Assembly (NCBI GenBank): GCA_947074145.1 | Contig: CAMTOJ010000015.1 | Location: forward strand, 44 to 64,043 | Length of the DNA stretch: 64,000 nucleotides | Source: an uncultured Bacteroidales bacterium | GTDB taxonomy: Bacteria; Bacteroidota; Bacteroidia; Bacteroidales; JAUNSR01 | Reading direction: 5' to 3' | Part shown: positions 10,416-19,415 of the stretch, one piece after another | Position numbering within the stretch: position 1 is the stretch's first letter | How the letters are laid out: each line of letters starts with the position of its first letter | Notes under the pieces: model-generated | What the model was told of the DNA's origin: nothing | Database searches by the model: none | Seen by the model: only the letters and a program-made list of their open reading frames with translations | Position numbers and translations under genes: made by a program

Positions 10416-13400
10416 TTAAAAGCTTTTTAAAAGCTCTATCAGATCATCTCTGGTCAGTTTATTACTAATATTTGTCCCTTCAAGCAACGAATCAGCTATA
10501 TTCTTTTTGGTATGATGTAAATCAAGTATCTTCTCCTCAATCGTATTCTTTGTGATTAAACGATATATAGTTACAGGTCTTTTTTGACCTATTCTATATG
10601 CTCTGTCTGAAGCCTGATCTTCAATCGCCGGATTCCACCACGGATCCATATGTATAACAAAATCGGCGGCAGTCAGATTAAGTCCTAATCCTCCGGCTTT
10701 CAAACTAATAAGAAAAAGAGGTTGTGTACCTGTTTGAAACTTTTTTACAAGATTAAGCCTATCCGGAACCGGTGTAGAACCGTCGAGATATAGATATGGG
10801 ATGTTTCTCTTATCAAGCTGCTCTCTTAAAAGAGCAAGATGAGATGTAAACTGACTAAATACCAACGCTCTGTGATCATTGTCAGTTATATCATCATAAA
10901 GTTTGAAAAAAGCTTCCATTTTAGATGACTCTTTCGAAATATTATTGTCCACAAGGCGCAGATTACTGGCAGCCTGACGAAGTCTTGTGATTTCGGCAAG
11001 TGTTTGAATAGCAGTCATCTCTTTGTTATTCAATCTTTGTTCAGCATCATTACGTAGCTTTTCATAAAATAGATTCTCCTCTTTTGTCTGTTCTACGGAG
11101 ATTATTATCTCAGTTTTTCCGGGTAGATCATTAAGTACTTCGTTTTTAGTACGACGAAGCAGGAAAGGTGAGATCATATTTTTCAACTGTTGACGGCGAG
11201 AAACATCTTTCTCATTCTCAACAGGAAGTATGAAATTATTAAAGAAATGTTCGTACGAACCTAAAAGACCCGGATTCATAAATTGAAAAAGATTCCAAAT
11301 CTCACTTAAGTGATTTTGGATAGGAGTACCTGTTAGAATAAGGCGAAAATCACCTTTCAATTTCATAGCAGCTTTTGACATCTTAGTGTCACGATTCTTT
11401 ATTGTATGTGCCTCGTCAAGAACTACCATGTTCCAATCCTTTTTTGCCAACTCGCTCTGAGTTATAAGAAGTCCGTAAGTAGTAAGTACAACGTCGAAAG
11501 AATCACTATCCTTAATCATCTTTTCTCTTGATTGTCCGGTATTTAAGACAAGACAATTAAGTGAGGGTGCAAAACGTGAAATCTCATTTTGCCAATTCAA
11601 AAGTACAGAAGCCGGAGCTACAATAAGAGAGGCTCCTTTTTCGGCTCGATGAAGAAGCATGGCAATAGATTGTAGAGTCTTTCCAAGTCCCATATCATCG
11701 GCAAGACAGGCTCCTGATCCCCATTCACTGAGTTTTGCCATCCAACGAAATCCGTCCTCCTGGTATTCACGAAGAGTAGCTTTCAAACGTTGAGGAACGG
11801 GATACTCTCTTGAGGATGCATCATCAATCCTTGAAATAAATGAACCGAACTCATTATCTCCTTCAATAGTTACTCCCGATTTTTCGAAAACCTTAAGAGA
11901 TGGAGCTATAAACTGAGAGATTTTCAATTCACCTTTATCTTTTACAGTTATAGAATCAAACGTATTGAGTGCTTTTCTTAATTCCTCTGTTAGGCTGACA
12001 TATTCTCCATCGGCAAGTTCAATGAAACGTCTCCCGGGATTCATCGTATATTGTTCAAGTAAATCATCAAGTTCGATAGCAAGATGTTCGCCAACTTTTA
12101 AGTTTCCTGATATCTCAAACCAGTTGAGTTTACTTTTTAATGAACATGAAAAATCTGACATTCCGGCTTTGCCGCGAAGTTTAAGTTTCACTCCCTCGGG
12201 CCACTCCACTTTTATCGTTTCTGAATCTTTAATTTTTTCAAGAATATCAAGACATTCGAAAGCAGAAGTTATCGTATAAATATGATTTTTTTCATCTATT
12301 GAATCGCACTCTATAAATAGCTCCTCTGCCATCAGAAGATTTTCATTTTCCCGGCTATAGTCACGTGTAGCCTGTATACTTTTCCCATCCGATTGTCCTA
12401 CAACAGTTCTGATTCCCATTCCGGGTTTGCAATAAGGCAGAGCAGCCCCGAGCGGTTTTACGAAAAGTTCAGCCCTGAAACTATTACCTTTTGGCAAAAG
12501 CTGCACAATAATTGTAGAATCGGAAGATTGACGTATAACATCGTCTGTTGAAGCAACAAGATCAGAGTGAACTGTAATATCTTTTGCAATAACAGAAATA
12601 AGTTTAACAAGCTTATCTTTCGCTTCAACAGGGAACTCATTAATTCTTTGAAGTGATTTTAGTATCTCCTTTTGGCGAAGATTCACCTCAACCATCTTAA
12701 TCTGAGTATTACCATTGAAGTATATAGAAGTCAAATCTTTAGAGTCATTTCCTTGTATATAATTGGTGCTTATATAATAGTTGTTCTTAATTCTTGAGAT
12801 TGAGATATATGGCTTCTCCTCCACAATATCGACCGGAACAGGTGGTTCACTATTGTAAAAAAGACGTGATTTATTCTTTAAAATAGGAAGCGCTTTTGAA
12901 GGGTTTATAATAAAATGCACCTCACTTCTCCAACCTGAAGAAACAACCTGATCAACACATTCTGAAATCTCTTTATCAACAGAATCCATCTCCGGCACAC
13001 CATAATAGAATGTCTGTATGCTCATATCACGTCCTTTACTCCAATTTGATCCGGAGCGTAGTTTTTTCTGTAATTTAGGCGTGATAAATCCCGAAGAATC
13101 AACGATATATATAATCCTTGCTTCTTTCTCTTCTTGTAAAGGTGTATCTGTTTTAAAATCTTTCTCTATTAGATTATTGAGAAGCCTCTCCCATTCGGGA
13201 ATAAACTCATATTGTGGAATAAACGAGGATAAACCGATAGAGTGTTCAAGATGAAGATCCTTATATATTTCAAATATATTATCTCCTAAAAGTAGAAGAG
13301 TACGATAACCGTAACTTTTGAATCTTACAATAAATGCTAATTCCCTTTCATCAAGTTCTCTTAATTTAAAATATTCAAACATAAGCAAAGTGAGATATTT

Positions 13401-14450
13401 CATCATATCACTTTGAATATTCATTGTATCGATTTTGCAAAATCCTGATATTGCATCTTTGTTTTCTCTGCAATTATAATCAAGACATATCAAAGGAATT
13501 AAACTTGGTGAATGTAACCAATGAGGATATTCGTCTTTTAGTTTCTCAAGTTTTTTCAGATTACTATCTTTTCCGTTAAGTTTAAGCACCCAAGCATATG
13601 CAAAGCCATAAAATGGATTCTTTGGATATGTTACACCTTCCGATTTCATTGCCGAATTAAACAGCTTTAAAGATTCGGGGAATTTCTTTTCAGATAACTT
13701 TATGAATGCATAAAAATATTTAGACTCAATACTTGCGGGTTGGAGTGCAGCATTATATTTTTCAACATCACCTCTAAGAAAATCGTAAAAGGCTATTTTC
13801 TCTTTCACATCATTAAGGGTAGATGTAAAATTATAGCTTAAGGCAAAATCCTTTGCTTTATCAATATCTTCAGATTCAAGAGTATAAAGAGATTTATAAT
13901 AAATATCATCGAACAGATCCTGAGCAGCCTCCTCCTCTATAAAATAAATTAGCTCTTTAAATCGGGCTCTTTCATACCAATCCTCAGAAAGCTTTCTTAT
14001 ATAATCGGTAATACCTGAATATCTTATATTATTTTTTGAGGGTGAATATATTCTTGATGGTATTCCGTGTTTTAAGTAGTTTATTATTGTGGAACGATTA
14101 TGATTTAAAATAGCATCGTTATATTTTTCGGTACTAAATTGATAAAATTGATTCATCTCATCTATCTCTATCTCAGGCAAAAGAGCAATTTCACCTATAA
14201 GAAAATTATGAAATGATGCTTGTAGTAAATAAAATCGATCCCAGAATATGTTTTCATCTCTTAAAAACATTTCATTTCGCAACATTTTCAATATCTCTCT
14301 GGCTTTTGTAATCTTTATATCACATTTAAAAGCTACATCTTTCAATAGTTTTTCATCTATGGAAGTCAATGCAAATGCGAGGTACCGTAAAAATTTTTGA
14401 GAATTATCATCTAAAGAAGAGTAAAGGACTCTGAAATTATTCATTATCAA
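10416..14450 (-). CDS. SNF2-family ATPase/helicase with large unassigned N-terminal region
   Basis: 1344 aa. The C-terminal core carries motif I DDMGLGKT (about 11676..11702), the DEAH box (VVLDEAHTIKN) and helicase-C motifs (QASDRAYRIGQ). The preceding ~890 aa have no motif that I can name. Confidence 0.85.
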   Translation of the reverse strand: MIMNNFRVLYSSLDDNSQKFLRYLAFALTSIDEKLLKDVAFKCDIKITKAREILKMLRNEMFLRDENIFWDRFYLLQASFHNFLIGEIALLPEIEIDEMNQFYQFSTEKYNDAILNHNRSTIINYLKHGIPSRIYSPSKNNIRYSGITDYIRKLSEDWYERARFKELIYFIEEEAAQDLFDDIYYKSLYTLESEDIDKAKDFALSYNFTSTLNDVKEKIAFYDFLRGDVEKYNAALQPASIESKYFYAFIKLSEKKFPESLKLFNSAMKSEGVTYPKNPFYGFAYAWVLKLNGKDSNLKKLEKLKDEYPHWLHSPSLIPLICLDYNCRENKDAISGFCKIDTMNIQSDMMKYLTLLMFEYFKLRELDERELAFIVRFKSYGYRTLLLLGDNIFEIYKDLHLEHSIGLSSFIPQYEFIPEWERLLNNLIEKDFKTDTPLQEEKEARIIYIVDSSGFITPKLQKKLRSGSNWSKGRDMSIQTFYYGVPEMDSVDKEISECVDQVVSSGWRSEVHFIINPSKALPILKNKSRLFYNSEPPVPVDIVEEKPYISISRIKNNYYISTNYIQGNDSKDLTSIYFNGNTQIKMVEVNLRQKEILKSLQRINEFPVEAKDKLVKLISVIAKDITVHSDLVASTDDVIRQSSDSTIIVQLLPKGNSFRAELFVKPLGAALPYCKPGMGIRTVVGQSDGKSIQATRDYSRENENLLMAEELFIECDSIDEKNHIYTITSAFECLDILEKIKDSETIKVEWPEGVKLKLRGKAGMSDFSCSLKSKLNWFEISGNLKVGEHLAIELDDLLEQYTMNPGRRFIELADGEYVSLTEELRKALNTFDSITVKDKGELKISQFIAPSLKVFEKSGVTIEGDNEFGSFISRIDDASSREYPVPQRLKATLREYQEDGFRWMAKLSEWGSGACLADDMGLGKTLQSIAMLLHRAEKGASLIVAPASVLLNWQNEISRFAPSLNCLVLNTGQSREKMIKDSDSFDVVLTTYGLLITQSELAKKDWNMVVLDEAHTIKNRDTKMSKAAMKLKGDFRLILTGTPIQNHLSEIWNLFQFMNPGLLGSYEHFFNNFILPVENEKDVSRRQQLKNMISPFLLRRTKNEVLNDLPGKTEIIISVEQTKEENLFYEKLRNDAEQRLNNKEMTAIQTLAEITRLRQAASNLRLVDNNISKESSKMEAFFKLYDDITDNDHRALVFSQFTSHLALLREQLDKRNIPYLYLDGSTPVPDRLNLVKKFQTGTQPLFLISLKAGGLGLNLTAADFVIHMDPWWNPAIEDQASDRAYRIGQKRPVTIYRLITKNTIEEKILDLHHTKKNIADSLLEGTNISNKLTRDDLIELLKSF

Positions 14451-14471
14451 TAAGTGCTATTAAATATTGTG

Positions 14472-14479
14472 CAAAAGTA
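14472..14479 (-). promoter_or_regulatory. Candidate -7 promoter box TACTTTTG for the SNF2 gene
   Basis: Exact TAnnTTTG on the minus strand, 22 nt upstream of the ATG at 14450. Confidence 0.3.
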
Positions 14480-14688
14480 ATTTATAATCACAGACCAGCA
14501 TTATTCATTTTGTGAATAAATAGTTCTTTTTTCGATCAGAATATATGAATTGCTTTCATTAAAAAATAAGATTGTAATTTTTTCTGATAGAGATATGTAT
14601 AAATATCAATTAAAAAGAAAAAGAAATGAAGAATAAGAGATAAGAATGAAATTATGCAAAATAATGATGAATGTTTTCTAAACACTTA

Positions 14689-14756
14689 GCAAGATTATGA
14701 TATACACCTTACAAGGTTTTATAGTTAACCTTGCAAGGTGTATATCATAATCTTGC
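14689..14756. repeat. Long near-perfect inverted repeat (30-nt arms, 8-nt loop) with nested palindromes
   Basis: Arms 14689..14718 and 14727..14756 pair at 29 of 30 positions, with a single A/C mismatch at 14711/14734. Each arm contains its own palindrome, CCTTACAAGG and CCTTGCAAGG. It lies 33 nt past the thioredoxin stop. Confidence 0.9.
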
Positions 14757-14789
14757 CAATTTATAAAAAAACAGGTTTAAAAAACTGAA

Positions 14790-15368
14790 TTAGTCAGCAT
14801 CCCCTTTTATAAAGTTTTCTTTCTTCATATCTTCTTGCTCCTGCGCAGATGGAGCTTGTTCTTTCAAAGATTCATCAATTGGATTAATATCTTTATTTTC
14901 TCCTCCAGGTAGACTCTCATCAGTGGTATCTTCATATGTATCCACAAAATTATCAGGATTGGCTACATTAGAATGTCCATGACCCTGAGGGACAGATTCA
15001 TCAGGATGAGGAACTGTTATTGAGAAAATATCAGAGAAAGCTTTTTCAAACTGAGCTTTAGTCATCGCTCCACGTGCCATCTGAGGATCTCCTCCAACTG
15101 GCATGAATAACAAAGACGGAATTGATTTTATACCGAACATCGCTGCAAGTTTCTGCTCTACTTCGGTATTTATTTTATAAATATCAATTTTACCTGCATA
15201 TTCCTGAGCCAACTCTTCAATAACGGGAGAAACCATTTTACACGGGCCGCACCAATCTGCATAAAAATCAATTAGAGCGGGTAGTTTTCCTTTAAATTTA
15301 AACTCCTTATCGGAGGTATAATCGAAGATTTTTTCTTTGAAAGTTTCTTCATTAAGATGTTCTACCAT
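14790..15368 (-). CDS. Thioredoxin with ~80-aa acidic low-complexity C-terminal tail
   Basis: 192 aa with a WCGPC active site in a ~110-aa thioredoxin fold. The tail that follows is rich in D/E/P/N/S (PDESVPQGHGHSN...QEQEDMKKE). Confidence 0.85.
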   Translation of the reverse strand: MVEHLNEETFKEKIFDYTSDKEFKFKGKLPALIDFYADWCGPCKMVSPVIEELAQEYAGKIDIYKINTEVEQKLAAMFGIKSIPSLLFMPVGGDPQMARGAMTKAQFEKAFSDIFSITVPHPDESVPQGHGHSNVANPDNFVDTYEDTTDESLPGGENKDINPIDESLKEQAPSAQEQEDMKKENFIKGDAD

Positions 15369-15490
15369 AACAATATATTTTTATTATTAATATTAGAATC
15401 AGTTTTATAAATAAAAATAGCTGATATATTTATAGTCAAAACATTTGTATATTATTAATAGTTTGTTGAATTAGTTATTATTATATAAGA

Positions 15491-16555
15491 TTATTTCCAC
15501 ATATTAACTATTGGAACTATTCGTGTCAATTCCGGTTCTTTCGTTATCTTAGTTCCATCGACATACACATTATATACATAGCTATAACCTTGATAGAAAT
15601 TTCCACTAACAGGAGTTTTCAATGTTATAGTTTGCCATGAGTTCCCTTTATTATTGATATTCATAGCAATTTTCGCATATATGTTAGTACTTGGTTTAAA
15701 TGGCACAATATTTATATACATTGAGTAGTTGTCAACTAACTCAAGATTTTGCATACCGGAGCTAAATATTGTAGATGTAGTTATTTTACCTGTGGCCATC
15801 TGTAATCTACAAGAAGTAGTAGATGGAGCTTGAATATTTTGGGTACTAAAAGTAAAAGTCGTACCACTTGATGCTATAAAATTAAGCTGTATCTGTGAAG
15901 ATATCTGTTTGAATAATATGGATAAATCCGGAGAACTTGTACCCGTAACCCTTACACCTGTACTACTCCACCATAAATAATCAAGTCCATTACTAAGGCC
16001 CGTTTTAACTCCACCATAACCGGTACTATTTACAAAAGATGGAGTTTTATCAGAGTCATTATTTAGTTCTGATAAAGCGTAAAAGTTATATCTTCCCGGC
16101 GCGAGCGTTATTGCATATTGAGAAGATGTAGGTGAAATCACTCCTTCAGAAACACATTTATATAAGCCAAACTTTAAAGGTGCCGAATTAAGAGGTGTAG
16201 ATCCATATTTATAAACATATATATGTATATATCTACCAATTGGCAACGGGATATTATATGAAACATATGGAAGTTTCGTTTGATTCAAATCTGACAAATT
16301 TTCAAAATTCAGATCAGTTGAATTATAAAGCATGGAAGTTTCAATATCTTCACTCGTAATATCCGTGTAATGAGAATCTGTATAATTAACCTCAGCAGTA
16401 AAGTTTAATGTGATCATTTTCTCTCCATCTTCCTCATAAACAATATCTTCAATTAGTAAATAATGATCTTCACCTGCACATCCGCAGATCATAAGAAGTA
16501 ATAACCATCCAAAGATCGAACTAACAGAATTTGAAATTTTATCATTTATATTCAT
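15491..16555 (-). CDS. Fimbrillin-like (type V pilin-like) lipoprotein, paralog 6 of the array
   Basis: 354 aa with lipobox MICGC. It shares the array motifs GRYNFYALS, NGLDYLWWSS and GYSYVYNVYV and has a terminal W. No N-terminal T-R motif is obvious. Confidence 0.6.
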   Translation of the reverse strand: MNINDKISNSVSSIFGWLLLLMICGCAGEDHYLLIEDIVYEEDGEKMITLNFTAEVNYTDSHYTDITSEDIETSMLYNSTDLNFENLSDLNQTKLPYVSYNIPLPIGRYIHIYVYKYGSTPLNSAPLKFGLYKCVSEGVISPTSSQYAITLAPGRYNFYALSELNNDSDKTPSFVNSTGYGGVKTGLSNGLDYLWWSSTGVRVTGTSSPDLSILFKQISSQIQLNFIASSGTTFTFSTQNIQAPSTTSCRLQMATGKITTSTIFSSGMQNLELVDNYSMYINIVPFKPSTNIYAKIAMNINNKGNSWQTITLKTPVSGNFYQGYSYVYNVYVDGTKITKEPELTRIVPIVNMWK

Positions 16556-16562
16556 GATGTTA

Positions 16563-17495
16563 TTATTTAATATATATATTATTACCTGTTACTTCTTTCC
16601 AAGGAGCAACCATTACTTGACTAACATATATTATATCAGGATCCACAATTACATCATATTGATATGAATTTCCACTTTCAAAGCCATTACTTGGTTGAGG
16701 AATATTGAAAGAGAAACTAAATGCTGTGCTTTTATCATTGATAGCTGAGACTGTTACCACACTTGTAGAATCATTTATATATGGAAGACAAATGCCACTT
16801 AAAACAAAATCATCTACGTCCATTGACTGACTTACTACCGGAGCTGCATTTACTTGAGATATTTCACCTGTTAAAAGATTCCATTTTGATAAATCTGTTG
16901 CTTTTGCAACATTCATTGTTGCAGATTTTATGGATTTAAGATAGTTGGTTGAACCATTTGATATATTAAAAACAAGCTGTGAGGCAGTATGGCTAAAAGT
17001 TAAATCAATAGTTGTCCCGGAAGTTCCTACAGCGTGATTTTTAACCCCACTCCATAGATAATCTACATTATTACTAAGTGATGATGAGTAATTTTGCTCA
17101 AATGGCGGAGGTAATGAGTCTGACTTTATAGACACTGCATAGAAATCATATTCCCCAGTAGGAAGAGCAATGGCATTCTGTGTTGGAGTCAGAGTTCCGG
17201 CTTTAAGTGATTCATAGAGTGGAGAAAACATAGATTGAGATCCTTCTGTGTCTGCAAAGACAAATATTTTAACATAACAACCTGCAGGAAACGGAGTCAA
17301 TGTCCTTGTAATAAAATTACTTTCAATTCTGGGATTAAAATAGACTATATTTTTAACTGCGTTAGACAGCTCATAATTTTGAGATTCCCTAATATCATCA
17401 ATTATCCATTCGCTTTTTACACAAGAACTCAAAGAGAGATGAAAACCCATAATAATATTAAAAATATAACTTAAGCGTATTTTTCTTTTATTCAT
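16563..17495 (-). CDS. Fimbrillin-like lipoprotein, paralog 5
   Basis: 310 aa with lipobox LSSC. Motifs: FITRTLT, GEYDFYAVS, NNVDYLWSG, LTFSHTASQLVF, GNSYQYDVIV, VAPW. Confidence 0.65.
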   Translation of the reverse strand: MNKRKIRLSYIFNIIMGFHLSLSSCVKSEWIIDDIRESQNYELSNAVKNIVYFNPRIESNFITRTLTPFPAGCYVKIFVFADTEGSQSMFSPLYESLKAGTLTPTQNAIALPTGEYDFYAVSIKSDSLPPPFEQNYSSSLSNNVDYLWSGVKNHAVGTSGTTIDLTFSHTASQLVFNISNGSTNYLKSIKSATMNVAKATDLSKWNLLTGEISQVNAAPVVSQSMDVDDFVLSGICLPYINDSTSVVTVSAINDKSTAFSFSFNIPQPSNGFESGNSYQYDVIVDPDIIYVSQVMVAPWKEVTGNNIYIK

Positions 17496-17529
17496 TGTCT
17501 TATACTTTTATTTCTTATTATATGATAAT

Positions 17530-18453
17530 TTATTCAATCTTAATCCCTCTCTCCGGATCTATTAAAACATCATATTTATATCTATATCCAAATTGAAATA
17601 TTTTCTCAGAAGGTATCGGTATTTGAGTATTATATTCTTTTGTTTCTCCATCAATTTCTATTTTCAGATTCAATTCAAGCGGTTTATCAGTTGAATAAGG
17701 TAAAATAAAATTGGAGGCAGATTTATCTTTTATATGTAAATGTATTTTCCCGTCAGTCGATTCTGAAGGAGAAATAATACCACTCGCCAAAGACCAAAAT
17801 GATTGCGATGACATAGGCGATGTCATACTTACCGAAATAATTTGATTTATTGAATGACCGACAGTAGTTTTGAAATCAAAAAGCATACTTACAGTGGATC
17901 TTTCCAATTTTAATTGAATTACATTACCCTCTGTTATAGGTATTATCATGTTCTTAAACTCGCCCCAAACATAATCAATACCATTATATACATAATCTGA
18001 ACGAGCATAAGAATTATTAAATAGTGGGACTGCATCATAATCAAGATTTAATGCAGAAGCAACATAAATATCATAACAGCCATGAGGTAATTTTATATCA
18101 TCCATAACAGGTATCATCTTACCTAATCTATTAATATAATATAGTGCCTTATATAAGCATTCTGATTGATCAGGTAAACTACCACAAGAATAAAAGAATA
18201 GATGTACAATCACTCCTTTCAGAAGATCATTATATATGAGATTGTCATCATTATAAACCGTTCCACGATACTTAAAGTCAGGCACACTAATGGAAAAAAA
18301 AGGTATTTTAAGATTTAAATCTTCAAATACTGAATCTATTTGTTGTTGTGTCTTTTCAGTATCCAGAATTACGACAAGAGCATCATCTTTGCTGCATGAA
18401 CATAGATAATAAAGCGAAAAACAAAAAATTAATATGTAGTAAAACTCTCTCAT
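17530..18453 (-). CDS. Fimbrillin-like lipoprotein, paralog 4 (short C-terminus)
   Basis: 307 aa with lipobox LCSC. Motifs: GCYDIYVAS, NGIDYVWGE, GYRYKYDVLI. It ends right after that motif and lacks the terminal W-containing strand of its siblings. Confidence 0.6.
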   Translation of the reverse strand: MREFYYILIFCFSLYYLCSCSKDDALVVILDTEKTQQQIDSVFEDLNLKIPFFSISVPDFKYRGTVYNDDNLIYNDLLKGVIVHLFFYSCGSLPDQSECLYKALYYINRLGKMIPVMDDIKLPHGCYDIYVASALNLDYDAVPLFNNSYARSDYVYNGIDYVWGEFKNMIIPITEGNVIQLKLERSTVSMLFDFKTTVGHSINQIISVSMTSPMSSQSFWSLASGIISPSESTDGKIHLHIKDKSASNFILPYSTDKPLELNLKIEIDGETKEYNTQIPIPSEKIFQFGYRYKYDVLIDPERGIKIE

Positions 18454-18467
18454 AAATTTTACTTTTA

Positions 18468-19412
18468 TTAATTAACATCAGGATAAATCGGATTAGAAGT
18501 TTCATCTATTATATTCCACGGAGCAATATTAACATCGTTAACTATAATCGTATCATATCCATATTGGACAGTATAAGAATAAGACGAACCGGGTAAGAAA
18601 GTACTATCAGGTAGTGGTAAAAAGATTTCATATCCCATTGGTTCGTTTTCTTTATTGAGCTTCAAACTGATATAAAGATATATTTCGGCAACCTTACTGA
18701 CAGGTAAAATATATTGAGATGCAGTCAATCCTTTCGCAACCATATTTAATAAGGTATCAACTCTTATAGATGTAGAGGGTGTAATTACTCCGGTCAGGAG
18801 ATTCCATTCGCTTGAACTTGTTACTTCAGGAGTACCTAACATCGCAAAATTTATCCAGTCGGCGATTGTATCGGTTTGCTGATTAATAACATTAAGATTT
18901 ACCTGACAAGCGACATGATTAAAATTAAGTATTACATTGGTTTCAGTCTCAATATTAATTGTATCAACTAATGCCCATAAATAATCAACTCCACTATTGA
19001 TGTCAGTAGTTATATAATTTGTAAAAGATGGAGGCTTTTGATCTGAATGAATAGATGTAGCATAAATATTATAATTACCATCTTCCAAAATTATAGGTAA
19101 ATTAACCGGAGATAATGTACCTGCAGTCATAGATTTATATAATTGTTGATCTGAAAGAATAAAGGAGTTACCATTGTTATAAGCATAGATATTGGCGTAA
19201 CAATCTTCTGTAAAAGCATTTAACTCTTCTACGCCGGAAGAAGATATACCAGAAATCATACGAGGATAAAATCCTATTATATATTCATTATAACTATTAT
19301 CTGTTGATTTTTGCGGATGTATTCTTAAATCCTCAACAGTAAATCTATCTTGCGTACAAGAGATTATAATTGCAAGAAAAATGAATATTGATATTTGAAT
19401 ATATTTATTCAT
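18468..19412 (-). CDS. Fimbrillin-like lipoprotein, paralog 3
   Basis: 314 aa with lipobox IISC. Motifs: GNYNIYATS, SGVDYLWAL, LNFNHVACQVNL, GSSYSYTVQY, IAPW. Confidence 0.65.
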   Translation of the reverse strand: MNKYIQISIFIFLAIIISCTQDRFTVEDLRIHPQKSTDNSYNEYIIGFYPRMISGISSSGVEELNAFTEDCYANIYAYNNGNSFILSDQQLYKSMTAGTLSPVNLPIILEDGNYNIYATSIHSDQKPPSFTNYITTDINSGVDYLWALVDTINIETETNVILNFNHVACQVNLNVINQQTDTIADWINFAMLGTPEVTSSSEWNLLTGVITPSTSIRVDTLLNMVAKGLTASQYILPVSKVAEIYLYISLKLNKENEPMGYEIFLPLPDSTFLPGSSYSYTVQYGYDTIIVNDVNIAPWNIIDETSNPIYPDVN

Positions 19413-19415
19413 AAG

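Noticed and set aside
18294-18301. A8 homopolymer inside pilin-like paralog 4 as a slipped-strand phase-variation switch. Similar A8/T8-T9 runs occur at 25108-25120, 25487-25495, 35590 and 42470.
   Set aside because: Runs of 8-9 A/T occur throughout this AT-rich window, including in housekeeping genes and spacers. The tract is not distinctive without population data.
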